Source: Hypanus sabinus
Taxonomy: Eukaryota
Assembly: GCF_030144855.1 (NCBI RefSeq)
Contig: NC_082714.1
Span: 94,860,001 to 94,924,000 of the forward strand
Length of the DNA: 64,000 nucleotides
Reading direction: 5' to 3'
Shown here: piece by piece, positions 46,301 to 60,779 of the stretch
How positions within the stretch are numbered: the first letter of the stretch is position 1
Layout: every line of letters starts with the position of its first letter
The notes under the pieces: model-generated
Databases searched by the model: none
The model's input: the letters and a program-made list of their open reading frames with translations, nothing else
Told to the model about the DNA's origin: nothing
Made by a program: the position numbers and the translations under genes

Positions 46301-49299
46301 GGTCTTGTGGTATTATGTGGAGGATACAGGAATGGAAGCGTCATTGGATAAATCATTTGCTGGTGCCGGGACTGCTTGCTGAAAAGGCCATTGCCTGACT
46401 GATACTTGGTATGAATGATCATTGCTTCCTGATAGTCTTGCCCAAGTGGTGACTACATCTTTCCCATATTTCATTATCTGGCAAATGGAAAGGAAAGAGA
46501 CTTCGAATTTGACAGTCCACATCCTTCATTTTGATCTAGTAACTGGGAGAATATGACTATTGGGCAAAATCCGGAGCTGAAGTTCGTAAGGCAGTCCTAT
46601 GAGTTCAACATTGAGTGGAAACTTCTGCGATGCCGTTAGTGCCAAGCTGTGTCAGTGTCTGCTGTTCTTTTGGATTCATTAGCGGCGTGGGGAGGGGTAG
46701 CCAGGTGCATGGGCACAGCTTGCTGTCCATGTTGGACTGCCCTGGTTTGCATTCGACACCTAGGAAGCAACATCCATGGTAGACTTCGACCAACGGAGGG
46801 ACATTCTTCCTCTGCATGTCAACTGCAGATATACAATCTAAATTAACTTCCTATAAAATTGTAAGTGCTACTGGGCATAAACTTAAAGATTTTCATGAAA
46901 TGGTGAGCTGCTCCAAGTGCTACAGATCATGTAGTGTCAGTAGAAAGCAGCTATTCATGATGTGGAATGTTAAAACTGATTCAACAGAATAACCAAGTAT
47001 GGTTCGCTTTCCTGCAGAACCTAATATCACTTAAGTCCAGGGAAACAGCTTTGTATTAATTAAAGCTAAAATATGGTGCAGTCATTCTTGTAATTTAGGA
47101 AACAGGTAGCCATTTAGTACAGAGCATTTCCCAATCCCAAATGGGGTAAATATCTTACTCCCTCAAAAGAGATGACAGCATTCATTTCTAGAGGACTAGA
47201 AATTCTAAAGCAAGCATTTAATGCCAGTGGCTTTTGAAGCACTGGTGAGACTGCAGTTAGAACATGGTGATGACTTTCAGGCCCTTATCTAACAAAGGAT
47301 CCAGAGAACTTTTGTAAGGATGCTCCCATGAATGAAACGGTTAATGTATGAGGAGTGTTTGATGACACTGGGCCTGTGCTCGCCAGGGTTTACATGAATG
47401 AGGTGAGTGGGGGAGGTGGAATCTCACCTCCTTTCCAACACACTTCCCAGTGCTGCTGCGCTTCAGTCCATCTAGTCTATGCCGAAATTTTAACACTCTA
47501 TTCCCATCGAGCTGAACTAGGACCATGGCCCTCCATAAACTTCCTTTTCATGCTCCTCACCGAACTTCTCTGAAATACTGCAAGCGAACCAGCACCCACC
47601 ACTTACACTGGCAGCTTGTCTGAGCGAAGTTCCCTCTCATGATTCTCTTAAACATTTTAGCATTCATCATTAACCTCTTGTTCTCATTTTACCCAACCTC
47701 AATGAAAAACACCTGCTTGCGTTAACGCCATCTATGCCCCTCATAATTTTGTATACCTCTATAAAATTGCCCCACAGTATCCCGCACTTGGGGGAATAAA
47801 GTCCTACCCTATTCAACCTATCATAACTCGAGTCCTCGGGTCCTAGCAACACCTCTTGTGAAATTTCTCAGCACTTCCTTCGAACCTTTTGATTTATTTC
47901 CAGTAGTCTGATGACCGGAAAAGAACACAGTATTCTAAATACAATAGAAATATATTAAAAATTTAAGTTGCCAGTGCAATAAGAGAGTAAAGAGATGTAT
48001 GGTAAGTTGTATATATGTGTTGATTGTCAGTTCAGAAATCTGATGGCGCAGGGAAAAAGCTGCTCCTGAGACGTTAAGTGTCTACTTTCAGGCTCCTCCT
48101 GTACCTCCTCCATGTTGGTAGCAGTGAGAAGAAGGCACGTCGTCAATAATGCGGGACCTTAATGATGGATGCCGTATTTTTGAGGCGCCGTCTTTTGAAG
48201 GTGTCCTTGATGCTGGAGAGCCCATGATGGAGCTGGCTGAGAGTTTATAATTTTCTGCAGTGTTTTCCACTCCTGGGCAGTGACCTTTCCATAACAAAGC
48301 CTAGCTGATCCAGTCCTGATGAAGGGTCTCGTCCTGAAACGTCAACTATACACTTTCCCAAAGATGCTCCCTGGCCTGCTGAATTCCTCCAGCACTTTGT
48401 GTGTCTAGCGATCCAAAGTTGATGATAAAATACTGGGCAGGATTCATATTAGGAAATGCAAACAGTCCATAAAGTTTGGTATGTATGCATGATAAGAAGA
48501 AACATTTGTATCTTTGGACACCAATTTGTTGACAGTATAATTTCGGTCGATCATGTTTCATGGATCGCCATCCTGAGTCTTCGGTTCTGCTTCTGTCTTC
48601 ATATATATTCCCTGAATGACTGAGCGGCCCACTAGGCTTCAGGAGGGCTTGTTTGCTTTGTAGCAGCGTCTATAGAGAGAATATTTAAAACGCTGTATAA
48701 AATAATGAATAGCCTGAATACAATAAGTGGGAGAGGCATTTCGCTTAGTCTATCAGTCAAATAATAGGGTTGTTTATTGAAAGCAATTTCTGCAATGATT
48801 GGGAAGGTAACGTGAGGGAAGGTTTGAATCAATGCACAGATCCGATCAAATAAAATGGTTGATCAGATTAAACAACTGCCTGGGGGAAGAAATTTTTAAA
48901 ATGACGTGAAGTTGTTGCTTTCATAGTTCTATAGCGCTATCCAGAAGGGACATTTTGGAAAAGCCAGTCTGCTGGGTGGGTAGACAAAAGTGAGCAGATG
49001 GACACCAAGGCACATAATGAAGCAGTTGGTGAGGTTTAAATACACGTAGTCTGAAGGCTTGTCCTCGATGTAGATGGTACATGGGGGACAGAGAGGTGTA
49101 GAGATTTAGAATTCCAGAACCTTGGGCCGAGATGGCTGAAGACACGGTCGACATTGATGTTGTGGTTAAAGTGGGTGATTAGCAATTGTCGCTCAGGCGA
49201 GGTAGATATTTTGTGGGTTGCGACTTTGAGGAGTACAATCATTATCAATGTAAGTATATATCATCATATACTACCCTGATTCCATTTCTTGCAGGTATT

Positions 49300-49510
49300 C
49301 TTTCTCTCCCTGTCTCTCTCTCCTCCTCTTTCCCCGTCTCTCTCTTTCTCCATTCTTTCGCTATCTTTCTTGCCCTCTCTCTCTGTCTTTCTCTGTCTCA
49401 CTCACGTACTCACTCACTTTTTCTCCATCCCCTCTTCTCCCGGATCTTCTGTCTCCCCGTCTCTTCCTCCACTCTACCTTATTCCCTTCCCACCGCCTCT
49501 CTCACGCTCT
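49300..49510 (+). repeat. CT-rich microsatellite-like tract
   Basis: Near-pure pyrimidine run. Confidence 0.9.
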
Positions 49511-50104
49511 GTCGTTCCCACTCTTCGTTCCTTATCGGAATTGAGACGGTTTCTCTAGACTGCTGCAACATTCAATTCCACATCTTGAAACAGCAGCTAA
49601 TTACAGTTTGTGCAAAGGATTTTCAAACTTAGTTTGCGATTTTTTTAACTCCGCTAATAGTGATCTTTTGGATAAATCAGCAAAGATCCAGGCAAATGAT
49701 AGGGGAAAATAAGGCACTGGTGATACGTGGCATTAAACATCAAGACTGACTAAAATGTTTCTATGGACATGTAAAATAATGAATAAAATAGCAGATGTTA
49801 ACGTAGACCTGTTTCAGGCTGAGAACGACTTCATTAGAAATGCAAATAAAGAAAAGGCCGTGACGTTAAACAAATGCATGAAAATACAAAGGAATCCTGT
49901 CGTAAGTATTGGGAGAACGACAGGCCAGCATGGCACTGAAGGAATTGCCATAGTAAAAAAATGGTTTTGCAGAAGTAATTGGCAAAGAAACTAATAAGTC
50001 CACTCATCGTGATTTCTGATAACGGGTGCTTTTGCTTCCATATTCCAAAGTTTCCACACAAAGTGAGAGTAGTGTCAGATTGAAAGAGCACAGTGAAGAT
50101 GGAG

Positions 50105-50290
50105 ATTGAGAGAAAGACAATGCGAAAGAAAGATAGAGAGCGTTGGGAGAAAGGGGAGAGAGGTGCAAAGAGTAAAGAAAGTAAACAGAAGGAGAGAGAG
50201 TGATAGAGGGAGAGAGAAGAGGCAAGAGACAAAGTGGAAGAGAGAGACAGAGACAGACAGAAAGACAGACTGAGAGATAGTGAAGAGAGA
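50105..50290 (+). repeat. GA-rich microsatellite-like tract
   Basis: Near-pure purine run with GACA/GAGA repeats. Confidence 0.9.
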
Positions 50291-50509
50291 ACTACAACAC
50301 GCGTTTCTTTCTACTCTCGGGCCTGTAAGAATGCTGACATCTATTTATTAAGGGAAGTCCAATGAGAACACTTGGGAAATAGGATTAGAAATCTTGTTCG
50401 ACAAGTCGGTCAGCGATTTTTGAGTATATAGCTTAAAAAAAAAAGCAGAAGAAGCTGAGCATGTTGACTGTCAGCAGGTCGTCTGTAAGGTGCTACAAAA
50501 TCTATTAAA

Positions 50510-53500
50510 CATATAAAAACATAGAAGCCCTACAGCACAATACAGGTGCTTCGGCCAACAATGCTCTGCCGAACATGTACTTACTAAGAAATTACCTAAG
50601 GTTACCCATAGTCCACTATTTTTCTAAGCTCCATGTACCTAGCAAGCAGTCTTTTAAAAGACCTTATTGTATCCGCCTCCACCACCGTCGCTGGTAGCCC
50701 ATTCCACGCACTCACCACCCTCTGCGTAAAAAGCTTACCCTGACTTCTCCTCTGTACCTACTTCTAAGCACCTTAAAACTCGTGTTAGCCATTTCAGACC
50801 TGGAAAAAAAGCCTCTGACTATCCACATGAGCAATGCCTCTCATCATCTTATACACCTCTATCAGGTCACCTCTCATCCTCCGCCGCTCCAAGGAGAAAA
50901 GGCCGAGTTCACTCAGCCTATCCTCATAAGGCATGCTTCCCAAACCTTATAAATCGCTTCTGCGCCCTTTCTATAGCTTCCGTATCCTTCCTGTAGTGAA
51001 CTGAGCACAGTACTCCATGTGGGGCTTGACCAGGGTTCTATGTAGCTGCAACTTTCCCTCATGGCTCTTAAATTCAATTCGATGTTTGATGAAGGCAATT
51101 TCACCATATGCCTTCTTAACCACAGAATCAACCTGTGCGGTAGCTTTGAGTGTCCTATGGACTCGGACCCCAAGATCCCTCTGATCCTTCACACTGCCAA
51201 GAGTCTTACCATTAATACGATATCTGCCATCATACTTAACCTACCAAAATGAACCAGCTCACATTTGTCTGGGTTGAACTCCATTTGCCACTTCTCAACC
51301 CAGTTTTGCATCCTATCGATGACCCGCTGTAATCTCTGACAGCCCTCCACACTATACACAAAACCCCCAACCTTTGTGTCATCAGCAAATTTACTAAACT
51401 ATGCCTCCACTTCCTCATCCAGGTCATTTATAATAATCATGAAGAGAAGGAGTCCCAGAACAGATCCCTGAGGCACACCACTGGTCACCGACCTCCATGC
51501 AGAATATGACCCGTTTATAAACACACTTTGCCTTCTGTGAGCAAGCCGATTCTGGATACATAAAGCAAGATATCCTTGGATCCTATGCCTCCTTACTTTC
51601 TCGATAAGCCTTGCATGGGGTACATCATCAAATGCTTTGCTGAAATCCATATACACTACATCTATTGCCCTACCATCAATATGTTTAGTCACATCTTCAA
51701 AGAATTCAATCAGACTCGTGAGTCACGACCTGCCTTTGACAAAGCCATGTTGACTATTCATAATCATATTATGCCTCTCCAGCTGTTCATAAATCTTGCC
51801 TCTCAAGGTCTTTTCCATCAACTTACCAACTACTGAAGTAAGACTCGCTTGTCTATACTTTCCTGGGATATCTCTACTCCCTTTTTTGAATATGGGAACA
51901 ATATCTGCAACCTTTCAATCCTCTGGAACCTCTTCCGCCCCCATTAATGATGCAAAGATCATTGCCAGAGGTTCAGCAATCTCCTCTCTCACCTCCCACA
52001 GTAGCCTGGGGTACATCTTATCTGGTCCTGGAATCTTATCCAACTTCATGCTTTCCAAAAGCTCCAGCACACCCTCTTTCTTAATGTCTGCATGTTCAAG
52101 CTTTTGAATCCGCTGTAAGTCATCCCTAATCGCTAAGATCATTTTCTGTAGTGAATACTGAAGCAAAGTATTCATTAAGTACCTTTGCTATCTCCTCTGG
52201 ATCTCTATCATTACCTAGTTTTTGGAGCCTTTCGTAAGCTATTCTTTTCCTCTTCACTATATTTTCAACTGCCTTTGCACATCACGGTTCCTGTACCCTA
52301 CCAACCTTACCCTATCTCATTGGAACGTACCTATGTAGAACGCCAAGCAAATATCCCCTGAACATTTGCCACATTTCTGCCGTACATTTCCTTGAGAACA
52401 TCTGTTCACAATTTATGCTTCCAAGTTCCTGCCCGATAGCTTCCTATTTCCCCTTACTCCACTTAAACACTTTCCTAACTTATCTGTTTCTATCTCTCTC
52501 CAATGCTATGGTAAAGGAGATAGAATTGTGATAACTATCTCCAGAATGCTCTCCCACCGAGAAACCTGTCACCTGGAGAGGTTCATTTCACAGTACCAGA
52601 TCAAGTACAGTCTCTCCTCTTGTAATCTTATCTACGTGTGGGTCAGGAAACCTTCTGGAACACACCTAACAATCCGCACCCATCTAAATATCTTGCTCTG
52701 GGGAAATGCCAATCCATATTTTGGAAATTAAAATCTCCCACCACGACAACCCTACTATTATTACACCGTTGCAGAATCGGTTTCCCTATCTGCTCCTCCA
52801 TGTCCCCGTTACTATTGGGTGGTCAAAAAACGACACCCAGTAGAGTTATTGATCCCTTCCTGTTTCTAACTTCCACCGACAGAAACTCAAGAGACAATCC
52901 CTTCATGATATCCTCCTTATCTGCAGTTGTGACACTAACTCTGATCAGCAGTGCCACGCCCCCACCTCTCTTGTCCCCCTCCCTAACCTTCCTGAAACAT
53001 CTACAGCATGGCACTCAAAGTAACCATCCCTGCCCCTGGGCCATCCAAATCTCTATAATAGCCACAAGATCATAACTCCAAGTAATGATCCACACTCTGA
53101 GCTCATCTGTTTTGTTCATGATTCTTCTTGCATTCTTCTTCCTTCGGTCTGAGTGTATCCCTTCTCTATCATCTGCCTATCCTCCCTCTCTCACTGTCTC
53201 CAATCTTTCTCTATTTGTGAGCCAACAGCCCCTCCCTACGTCTCTTCAGTTGGGCTCCTACACCTTCCCCCCCCCCACCAGCAATTCTAGTTTAAACTCT
53301 CCCTGATAGCCTTAGCAAACCTACCTGCTAGGATATTGGTTCCCCCTGGGATTCCAGTGCAACCCGTCCTTTTTGTACAAGTCACGCCTACCCCAAAGGA
53401 GAAATCTGAATCCCTGCCTCCTGCTCCAATCCCTCAGCCACACATTTATCCTCCACCTTACTCTATTCCTATACTCACTGTTGCGTGGCACAGGCAGTAC

Positions 53501-53575
53501 TCCCGAGGTCCTGCTTCTCAGCTTCCTTCCTAACTCCCTGTAGTCTGTTTTCAGCACCTCCTCCCTCTTCCTATT
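50510..53575 (-). mobile_element. Long, internally deleted CR1 LINE (ORF1 esterase, endonuclease, RT, 3' UTR)
   Basis: DYRELGRKLRSRTS (ORF1); RGGGVALLI (endonuclease); [23 protein letters not shown]; KFADD; QRDLGVRVH. Confidence 0.9.
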
Positions 53576-54149
53576 ACTATAGAAACCACTCAAGCGGTTC
53601 AGAGTCTTTATCAAAATGTTTAAACAAGGGAACTAGGTGAAACATCTCCGTGATGGCTGATGATAGTCTGGTTTGTCAGAACGATGTACAGACTGAGGTG
53701 ATGTTGCCAGGTCAGATAAACAGTAGAGGGTAGAACGGATGGAATAAAATTTGGAAGATACGTGAGGACATTTACTTACGTAGAAAAAATTTAAGTTGCA
53801 GTTCTAATTAATGACAATAGATCCAATCGTGTTCAAGTTTGAATGATCGCCAAACAGTCAAATTTTGTTGCGCTTTGAGTTTTGATAGGTTACTTCTCAA
53901 AATTACAGTCGCTTTACGAGCAGCTGTGATGCTGTGTTGCTGAGCAGTCTTGCTGTCATTTCCGAGACGTTCTTTACACACGGCAATACAATTGACTAAT
54001 TCGTCCTACGTGTAGCTTGTATAATCGGGTTTCTGACCTTAAGCACCTTCGGATGAAGCTTCTCGGATGACCGTTCCAATGAAAGGTCTTGAAAAGCAGG
54101 GTCAGATAACCATATAACCAAACATAAGTATTATGCAGAAGGCAGCAGA

Positions 54150-56080
54150 ACGAGCCAGCTTTTGGCACTAACGCTCAAACAGCAGGAAGCTAAAAGGTCT
54201 AAACCAGCAATTAGATGTGCTAAACGTGGAGTAGTATCTTCAACAGAGGAAATAAATGAGACATTCAAGAATTACTTTAAAGAATTGTATACAAGTGGCT
54301 CAGTTCCTTCTGAGAATGACTTCACTGATTTTTTTTTAGTGGATTAGACCTCTCTGCATTGTCATTAGAGGACACCAAAACTCTAGACTCTCCGGGTATT
54401 GATAGTAGATGGTCAGCCATGGACTCAGAATGGCGGTGCAGGCTCGAAGGGCCGAATGGTCTAATTCGGCACCTATTGTCTATTGTCTATCATCTGTGAC
54501 TAAAACAAATTACTCTTTAATTTTGAAAAAAAAATAGATATTAATAGATGGAGACACCTGCCAGCATCAGTCCCAGCCTCTATATCGGTCATTAAAATAA
54601 ACATCTTACCCCGCATTAACTTTATCAGCTCAATGATCCCACTTGCACCTCCAGCAGGATATTGGCAAAAACTGGACTCCTTACTATGTTTGGAACGGTA
54701 AACGACCCAATATAAAGTGGTCAACTCTACAATTCAAAAAGTCAAATGGGGGACTGGCATGTCCAAATTTTAAATTGTATCACTGGACATTTGTATTAAA
54801 AAAGTCTTAGCTATTGGATGGAGGAGGATAAAGTTTCATGATGGAAAAATGTAGAACAAGAGCTAATAGCACCAATAAGGTTGAAGGACTTTCTCCTTAT
54901 AGGTATGTCCACTAGAAAATGTGATTTGTATTATGGTCCAATTTTAATCCATATGCTACAAGTGTTTAGAGCAGCAGAAAAATTCCTAAAATTTAAAAGC
55001 GTATGGCAAATCATCTCCATTATGGAACAATAATCATTTTCTATCTGGGGGGAAACCATTCACTAACAGAACTTGGGAGGATAAAGGTATTGCTACTCTT
55101 CAAGATATTAATGGGGCTAGTACTCTCCTTAGCTTTCAAGAACTGATATCTCGATATAATATTGATAAACACCCTCTTTTCTTCTACTTTAGAGTAAGAT
55201 CAGCTTGTAAAGCCTATGGTGTTCCCTGGGGGTCAGATTTAAGGGACCATCCCATTTTAAGTTGGATACAGGGTGCTCCAGGGCAGATAGTGTCATATAT
55301 CTATGATAAATTAAACTCCCAGAATTATATGCCTACATCAGGAATGAAAGCCTGGGATAGGGACATATCTGAATAGGGACAAGACTTATAGGGACCGATG
55401 CGATTAGGGATAATGCTGCCAGTGCTTCGAAAACCCCAAATCATCGGTATATACACTTGAAATTCTGTCATAGAGCATATTCAACACCGAGAATTAGATA
55501 TCAAATGGGATTGGTTCCTAACCCATATTGCTCATTTTGCCCTCACTGAACCATTGGCTCTTTTATACATGTTATATGGGAATGTCCAGGGGTTTTTGGT
55601 TTGTGGGGGAAGGTTATCAGTACTCTTACAGAACTAATGGGGGTTCTAAATGATGACTCACACCTTTCCCTTACGGAAAAAACACGCAATGTCTGGCTGG
55701 CAGGCCTAACTGCAGCTAAGAAGATTGTAGTCCAGCGTTGGAAACCTTCCCGTGATATTTTATATACTCTGTGGCTTCGGAGCTTTTTGGACATTTCTTA
55801 CTTGGAACTTTCATCAGCCAGAGTAAATGATGCATGACCAAACATAATGTTAATGTGGACAAATTTGATATCTAACTTAAATGATCTTTTGTTAAAATAG
55901 GAATGTTTTGTCTGTGTATGCACTACTATTCAGTTGGTGGGTGGAGGGGAGAGGGATAGAGGGGCGATGGTGAAGAAGGTTGGGGGTGGCTGGGTCAAAT
56001 TACAGTCAAAATGTAATTGGCAGTTGGTTGTATTGAACGTAATTTGTTAATGTTTCAATAAAAAATTAGTTTAAAAAAAA
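54150..56080 (+). mobile_element. L1/Tx1-like LINE, deleted, with A-rich tail; CR1 tail inserted at ~54400-54495
   Basis: EEINETFKNYFKELYTS; KINILPRINF..MIP; WLAGLTAAKKIVVQRWK..YLELSSAR; aataaa..aaaaaaaa at ~56057-56080. Confidence 0.8.
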
Positions 56081-56174
56081 GAGAAAGGTCTTGAAAAGAA
56101 GCGCTTCTTACAGTTTTGTGTCTGTGGTGTTGCAATAGGACGCAATCCTCTTGAATGCAACTTTGATAAACCTA

Positions 56175-56280
56175 TCAAAACTCGACATGCAACAGAATGT
56201 GATTGATAGAATAAACGTTATCTACAAAATCCAGTGTAGTGACTGCAACAAGCACTACGTTAGTCCAACAGGAAGAAATC
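56175..56280 (+). mobile_element. Penelope-like GIY-YIG endonuclease fragment
   Basis: NVIYKIQCSDCNKHYVSPTGR matches the V(V/I)YKIxCxxC...Y(I/V)GxTGR motif. Confidence 0.7.
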
Positions 56281-56749
56281 CCATAGATGCTGACCAGGTT
56301 GTGATTGGATCTTGTGTAAAACCAATCGTAATAAAGATGAGACACCGGTGGGTTTATCGTGGTCTGTCGTTACTCAGCTGCTCACAGTACGTAGGGGGAA
56401 TTAGTAGCGGATAATGTGCAGCTCAGGAGCCACACACAGAATTACTTTCAAATCAGCTCAGACAGCTCATTCTGCCCCTCCTGATCAACACTGATTTCCG
56501 TGTCCGACAGCGATTTTGTTCCTCTTCTGTGGTCTTGGTCAGAACACGCTTAGTGCATTCTGAGCAGTCTGGGGGCTCCGTATCCAACAAACGTTTAGAG
56601 AAGGCTTACGAGTATGATCTCAAGAATGATACGGATGGTATGTTGCCTCTCAGGTGCCGGGTTTAGGGTTGTCTCGGATCTAGTCCATAGCATTCTAAAG
56701 GAGGAGGATGAGCAGCTCGAATGGCTGCAGAGGATGGAAGGGTGAAAAG

Positions 56750-59330
56750 ATGCAAAAGTAACTGCACTGTTGTCATGGGGAACTACACTTCACTAATATT
56801 GACAGGCATCTCATTAGTGCAAAAGGTTTGGATGGGCCAGAATTTGTTAGGTGTGTCGAGGAAGAAATCCTAACTCAATATGTAGACAGACCGACTCGAG
56901 GAGAGGCCATACTAGATCTGGAGTTAGGAAATGAACGAGGTCAGATGTCAGATCTCTCGGTGGGTGAGTATTTTGGAGACAATTACCTGACTTTCACCAT
57001 AGCCTTGAACAAGGATAGGTGCAGATAGTATGGTAAAGTAGCTAAATGAGGGAGGGGAAATCACGTTGCCATTAGGCAGGAACTGGGGAGCATAAATTGG
57101 AAACCAGGGGAACTCAGGGGAATGCACAACAGAAGTGTGGAGGTTGTTTCGGGATCATTGGCTGATGGATCTGGATAGGTTTGTCTCATTGCGGCGGGGA
57201 AAAGATGGTAGGATGAAGGAACCATGGTTGAAAAGAGATGTGGAATTTACTTATAGGGAACAAGGATCAAACAGAACCCGAAAAAGTTGCAAGGTAGCCA
57301 GGCAGAAGCTGAAGAATGAATTTCGGATAGCTAGTACGGGCAAGAAAGTGCCTTGGTGAATAGGATTAAGGAAAACCCCAAAGAGTTCTACCCGTATGTG
57401 ACGACCAGGAGGATGACTAGAGTGAGGGTAGGACCGATCAGAGATAGTAAAGGAAAGATGTGACTGTAGCCAGAGAAGGAAGGGAGGTCCTTAATGAATA
57501 CGTTGCTTCAGTAAGCAGTCGTTCCCAACTTGAGGTCCACAGACCCCTCAGTTAATGGTAAGGCTCCATGTCATAAAAACCTTGAGAACCACTAAGTAAG
57601 AGGGGCCTGTCGTTTATGAATACGGCGTTAAACAAGCCCGTATACTCAAACATGTTCATATTAAGAAAGAGGATGTGCAAGAACTTTTGGAAAATAGTAG
57701 CATAAATAAGTCCCCAGAGTCAGACAGAATATAACCCAGGTTACGACGGGAAGGGATAGCTGTGGCTTTGTCAACAATTTTTGCATTCTCAGTGGCCACA
57801 GGAGTAATACTAGATGACTGGGGGGTGTTGTTCAAGAAAGGGAGTATGGATAACCCTGGGTATTATAGACCAGCGAGTCTTACTTCAGTGGTATGCAAAT
57901 TCTTGGAGAGAAATCTTAGAGACAGGATTTACGAGTATTTGGAGATGCAGTGTCTGATCACAGATAGACAGCATGGCTTTGTGAGGAGCAGGTGATGCCT
58001 CAGGGGTATCACTTTAGATGTAATAAAGGGCATTAATGGAGATAGAGAGAGCATATGCTGTATATCATGCTTAGTAAGGCGTTTGATAAGGCTTTCTGTG
58101 GTAGGTTCATTCTGAAAGTCATAAGACATGGAATCCAAGGAAATTTGGCTGTGTGGATACAGAATTGGCTTGAAGGCATAGAAGGCAGGAGATGGTAGTA
58201 AATGCAGAGTATTCTGCCTAGAGATCGGTGACCAGTAATGTTCCGCAGGGATCTATTCTCGGACCCCTATTCTTTATGAGTTTTAGAAATGACCTAGGTG
58301 ACAAAATGCAAGGATAGGGTAATAGCCTTGCAGATGACACAAAGATTGCTGGAGTTGTGGATTGTTGTAGGTTGCAACGAGACTTTGACAGGATGTGGAG
58401 CTGGTCTGAAAATTGGTAAATGGAGTCAACCTAGGAAAGTGTGTTGTGATTCATTCTTGAAGGTCGAATTTGAAGGCAGAATACAAGGTTAATGACAGAA
58501 TTCTTGACTGTGTGAAGGAAGAGGGGAATCTTGGGCTCCACATCCATAAATACTTCAATGATGCCAGGCAAGTTGACAGAGTTGTTAAGAAGATATATGG
58601 CATATAGGTCTTCATTAGTCAGGGAGTTAAGTTCAAGAACTGTGAGATAAATTTACAGCTCTATTAGACCTTGGATAACCAGAGACCTTTTTCCCCAAGG
58701 CAGAAATGGTTGAGGTGATGGGTGGATAGCATACGGATGATAGAGGCAGATACATTAGGGGCAGCTAAGAAACTCTTAGATATGAACATGAATTATATAA
58801 AATAGAGAGTTACGTAGGAGAGAATAGTTAGATTGATCATAGAATAGGTTAAAAGGTCGGTACAACATCGTGGGTCAGAAGTCCCGCACCGTGCTGTAAT
58901 GTTCTGTATTCATGAAAGGTTTAATTTATGAGGGGAGTTTTTGATGGTTTTCGGCATGTACTCACTGGAGTTTAGAAGAATGAGGGAAGAATCGCTTTGG
59001 AAACTATTGAATATTGAAAGGCCTAGAAAGAGTGCATGTGGAAAGGATACTACCAATAGTGAGGAAGTCTAGTTCCAGAGGGCACATTCTCAGAGTACAA
59101 GAACAGAGGCCGGTGAACCTGTGGAATTCATTGCCACAGACGGCTATGGAGATCAAGTCACTGCGTATTTTTAAAACAGAGCTTGATGGTGCCTTGATTA
59201 GGCAGGGTGTCACAGGTTATGGGAGACGGTACGGTAAAGAGGTTGGAAGGGAAAGTAAAGCAGCCATCAACAAATGGTGCAGCAGACTCGATGGACTAAA
59301 TTGCCTATCTCTTATTATCTTTTCTCTCTT
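56750..59330 (+). mobile_element. Degenerate CR1 LINE (endonuclease, RT, 3' end)
   Basis: QYVDRPTRGEAILDL; NPGYYRPASLTSVVCKFLE; RQHGFVRSR; 3' end motifs to ~59330. Confidence 0.85.
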
Positions 59331-59399
59331 CCTGTCATTGCCCGGTTCTCTAATAGAGATCCCACCCCGTTTATCCTACTGTTGTTTTGGACCGCAATA

Positions 59400-60340
59400 T
59401 ATAGCAGCATAGTTCGGCTATTCAGCCCATCGAGTGTACTCCACCATTCCATCATGGCTGGTTTATTATACCTCTCAACCTCATTTTTCTGCTTTCTTCC
59501 TCTATCCTTTGATGCACTGATGAATCTAGAACCTATCAAATTTCATTTTAAATATAACCAATGACATGGTCTCCCCAGCTGTCTGTGAAGATGAATTCTA
59601 TAGATTAGCTATATCTGGCTAAAGAAAATTCTCCTCGACTGTTCTAAAAGGATATTCTTCCATCATAAGGCTGTGCCCTTTGGTCCGAGACTCCTGCACA
59701 TCCATTCTAGCTAGAGCTTTCAATATTTGATACGCTTCCGTGAGATTCCCCCATCTTCATTATTCTAATCACGCTGAGAAGCATCAAACACTCCTTATAT
59801 GTTAAACCTTTCATTCCCGGAATTACTCCCAAGTGCCTTTTCTGGACCCTCTCCAACGCCAGCACATCTTACATGAGGGGCCCAAAATAACAAGTGCAGT
59901 CTGGCTGATGACTTATCACGTCATGTCTTATATTCTAATCCTCTTGAAATGAATGTTAACATTCCATTTCCCTTCCTTATCAGCGACACAGCCTACAAAT
60001 TAACATTTAGGGAATCCTGCACGAGGTCTCCCAAGACCCTTTGTACGTCTGATTTTCCAATTCTGATCCCGTTTAGAAAAGTCTGCACCTTTCATGACCA
60101 TACTCTTCCCTACACTATATTCTATCTGCCACTTCTTTGCCCATTCTCCCAAACTGTCTAAGTTCTTGTCCCTGCTTCAGCACTGCCTGCCATGCCAATT
60201 ATTTTCATATTGTTCACAAACTTGGCTATAAAGCATCAACTGCATCACCAAATCATTGATGAATAACGTAAAACGATGCAGTCGCAATATTTAACCTTGC
60301 AGAATACCACGTGTCACCAGCAACCAACCAAAAAATGCCC
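59400..60340 (-). mobile_element. Degenerate CR1 LINE 3' portion
   Basis: CR1 3' UTR (MMEWWSTLDGLN) and RT remnants on the minus strand. Confidence 0.7.
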
Positions 60341-60779
60341 CCTTTAAGTCCAGTCTTTGCCTCCTACCAGTCACCCTGTTCCCGACATCTCCACCCCTCT
60401 CTTCCGCCTAAATCCTTCACTACAGAAGCTAGATCCATGTACTCACAGCTCTTTGGGCAAACCCCGACTTGCCCATTGGTAGTGTTACACTGTGAGGGTG
60501 TTATCCCCGTGACTTGACTTTTTGCTTGATCTGCAGTTTCTCAGTCCATCCACACACTACGTCACAAAGAACTAATAGCCTCCATCCAACGACTCGCTTT
60601 TGACCATTTCATCTTCCAGGAAAGACAACATTCACTTCTGTAACTTCTGCTCATTATCTGATGATTCTGCTGATTGACTTGACTTGACTTATCTGAAGCA
60701 GGTCCCATCCATATTGAAGTGGCATTTATATATATCCAGCAGGCAGCATTCGGAGTGGGAGGTGGCAGAGTGATAGGGC

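Noticed and set aside
48985-49258. Possible MHC class I alpha-1-like exon ending YNHYQ|gtaagt
   Set aside because: The apparent exon end and donor are the start of the common SINE-like repeat, and the remaining similarity needs several frameshifts.
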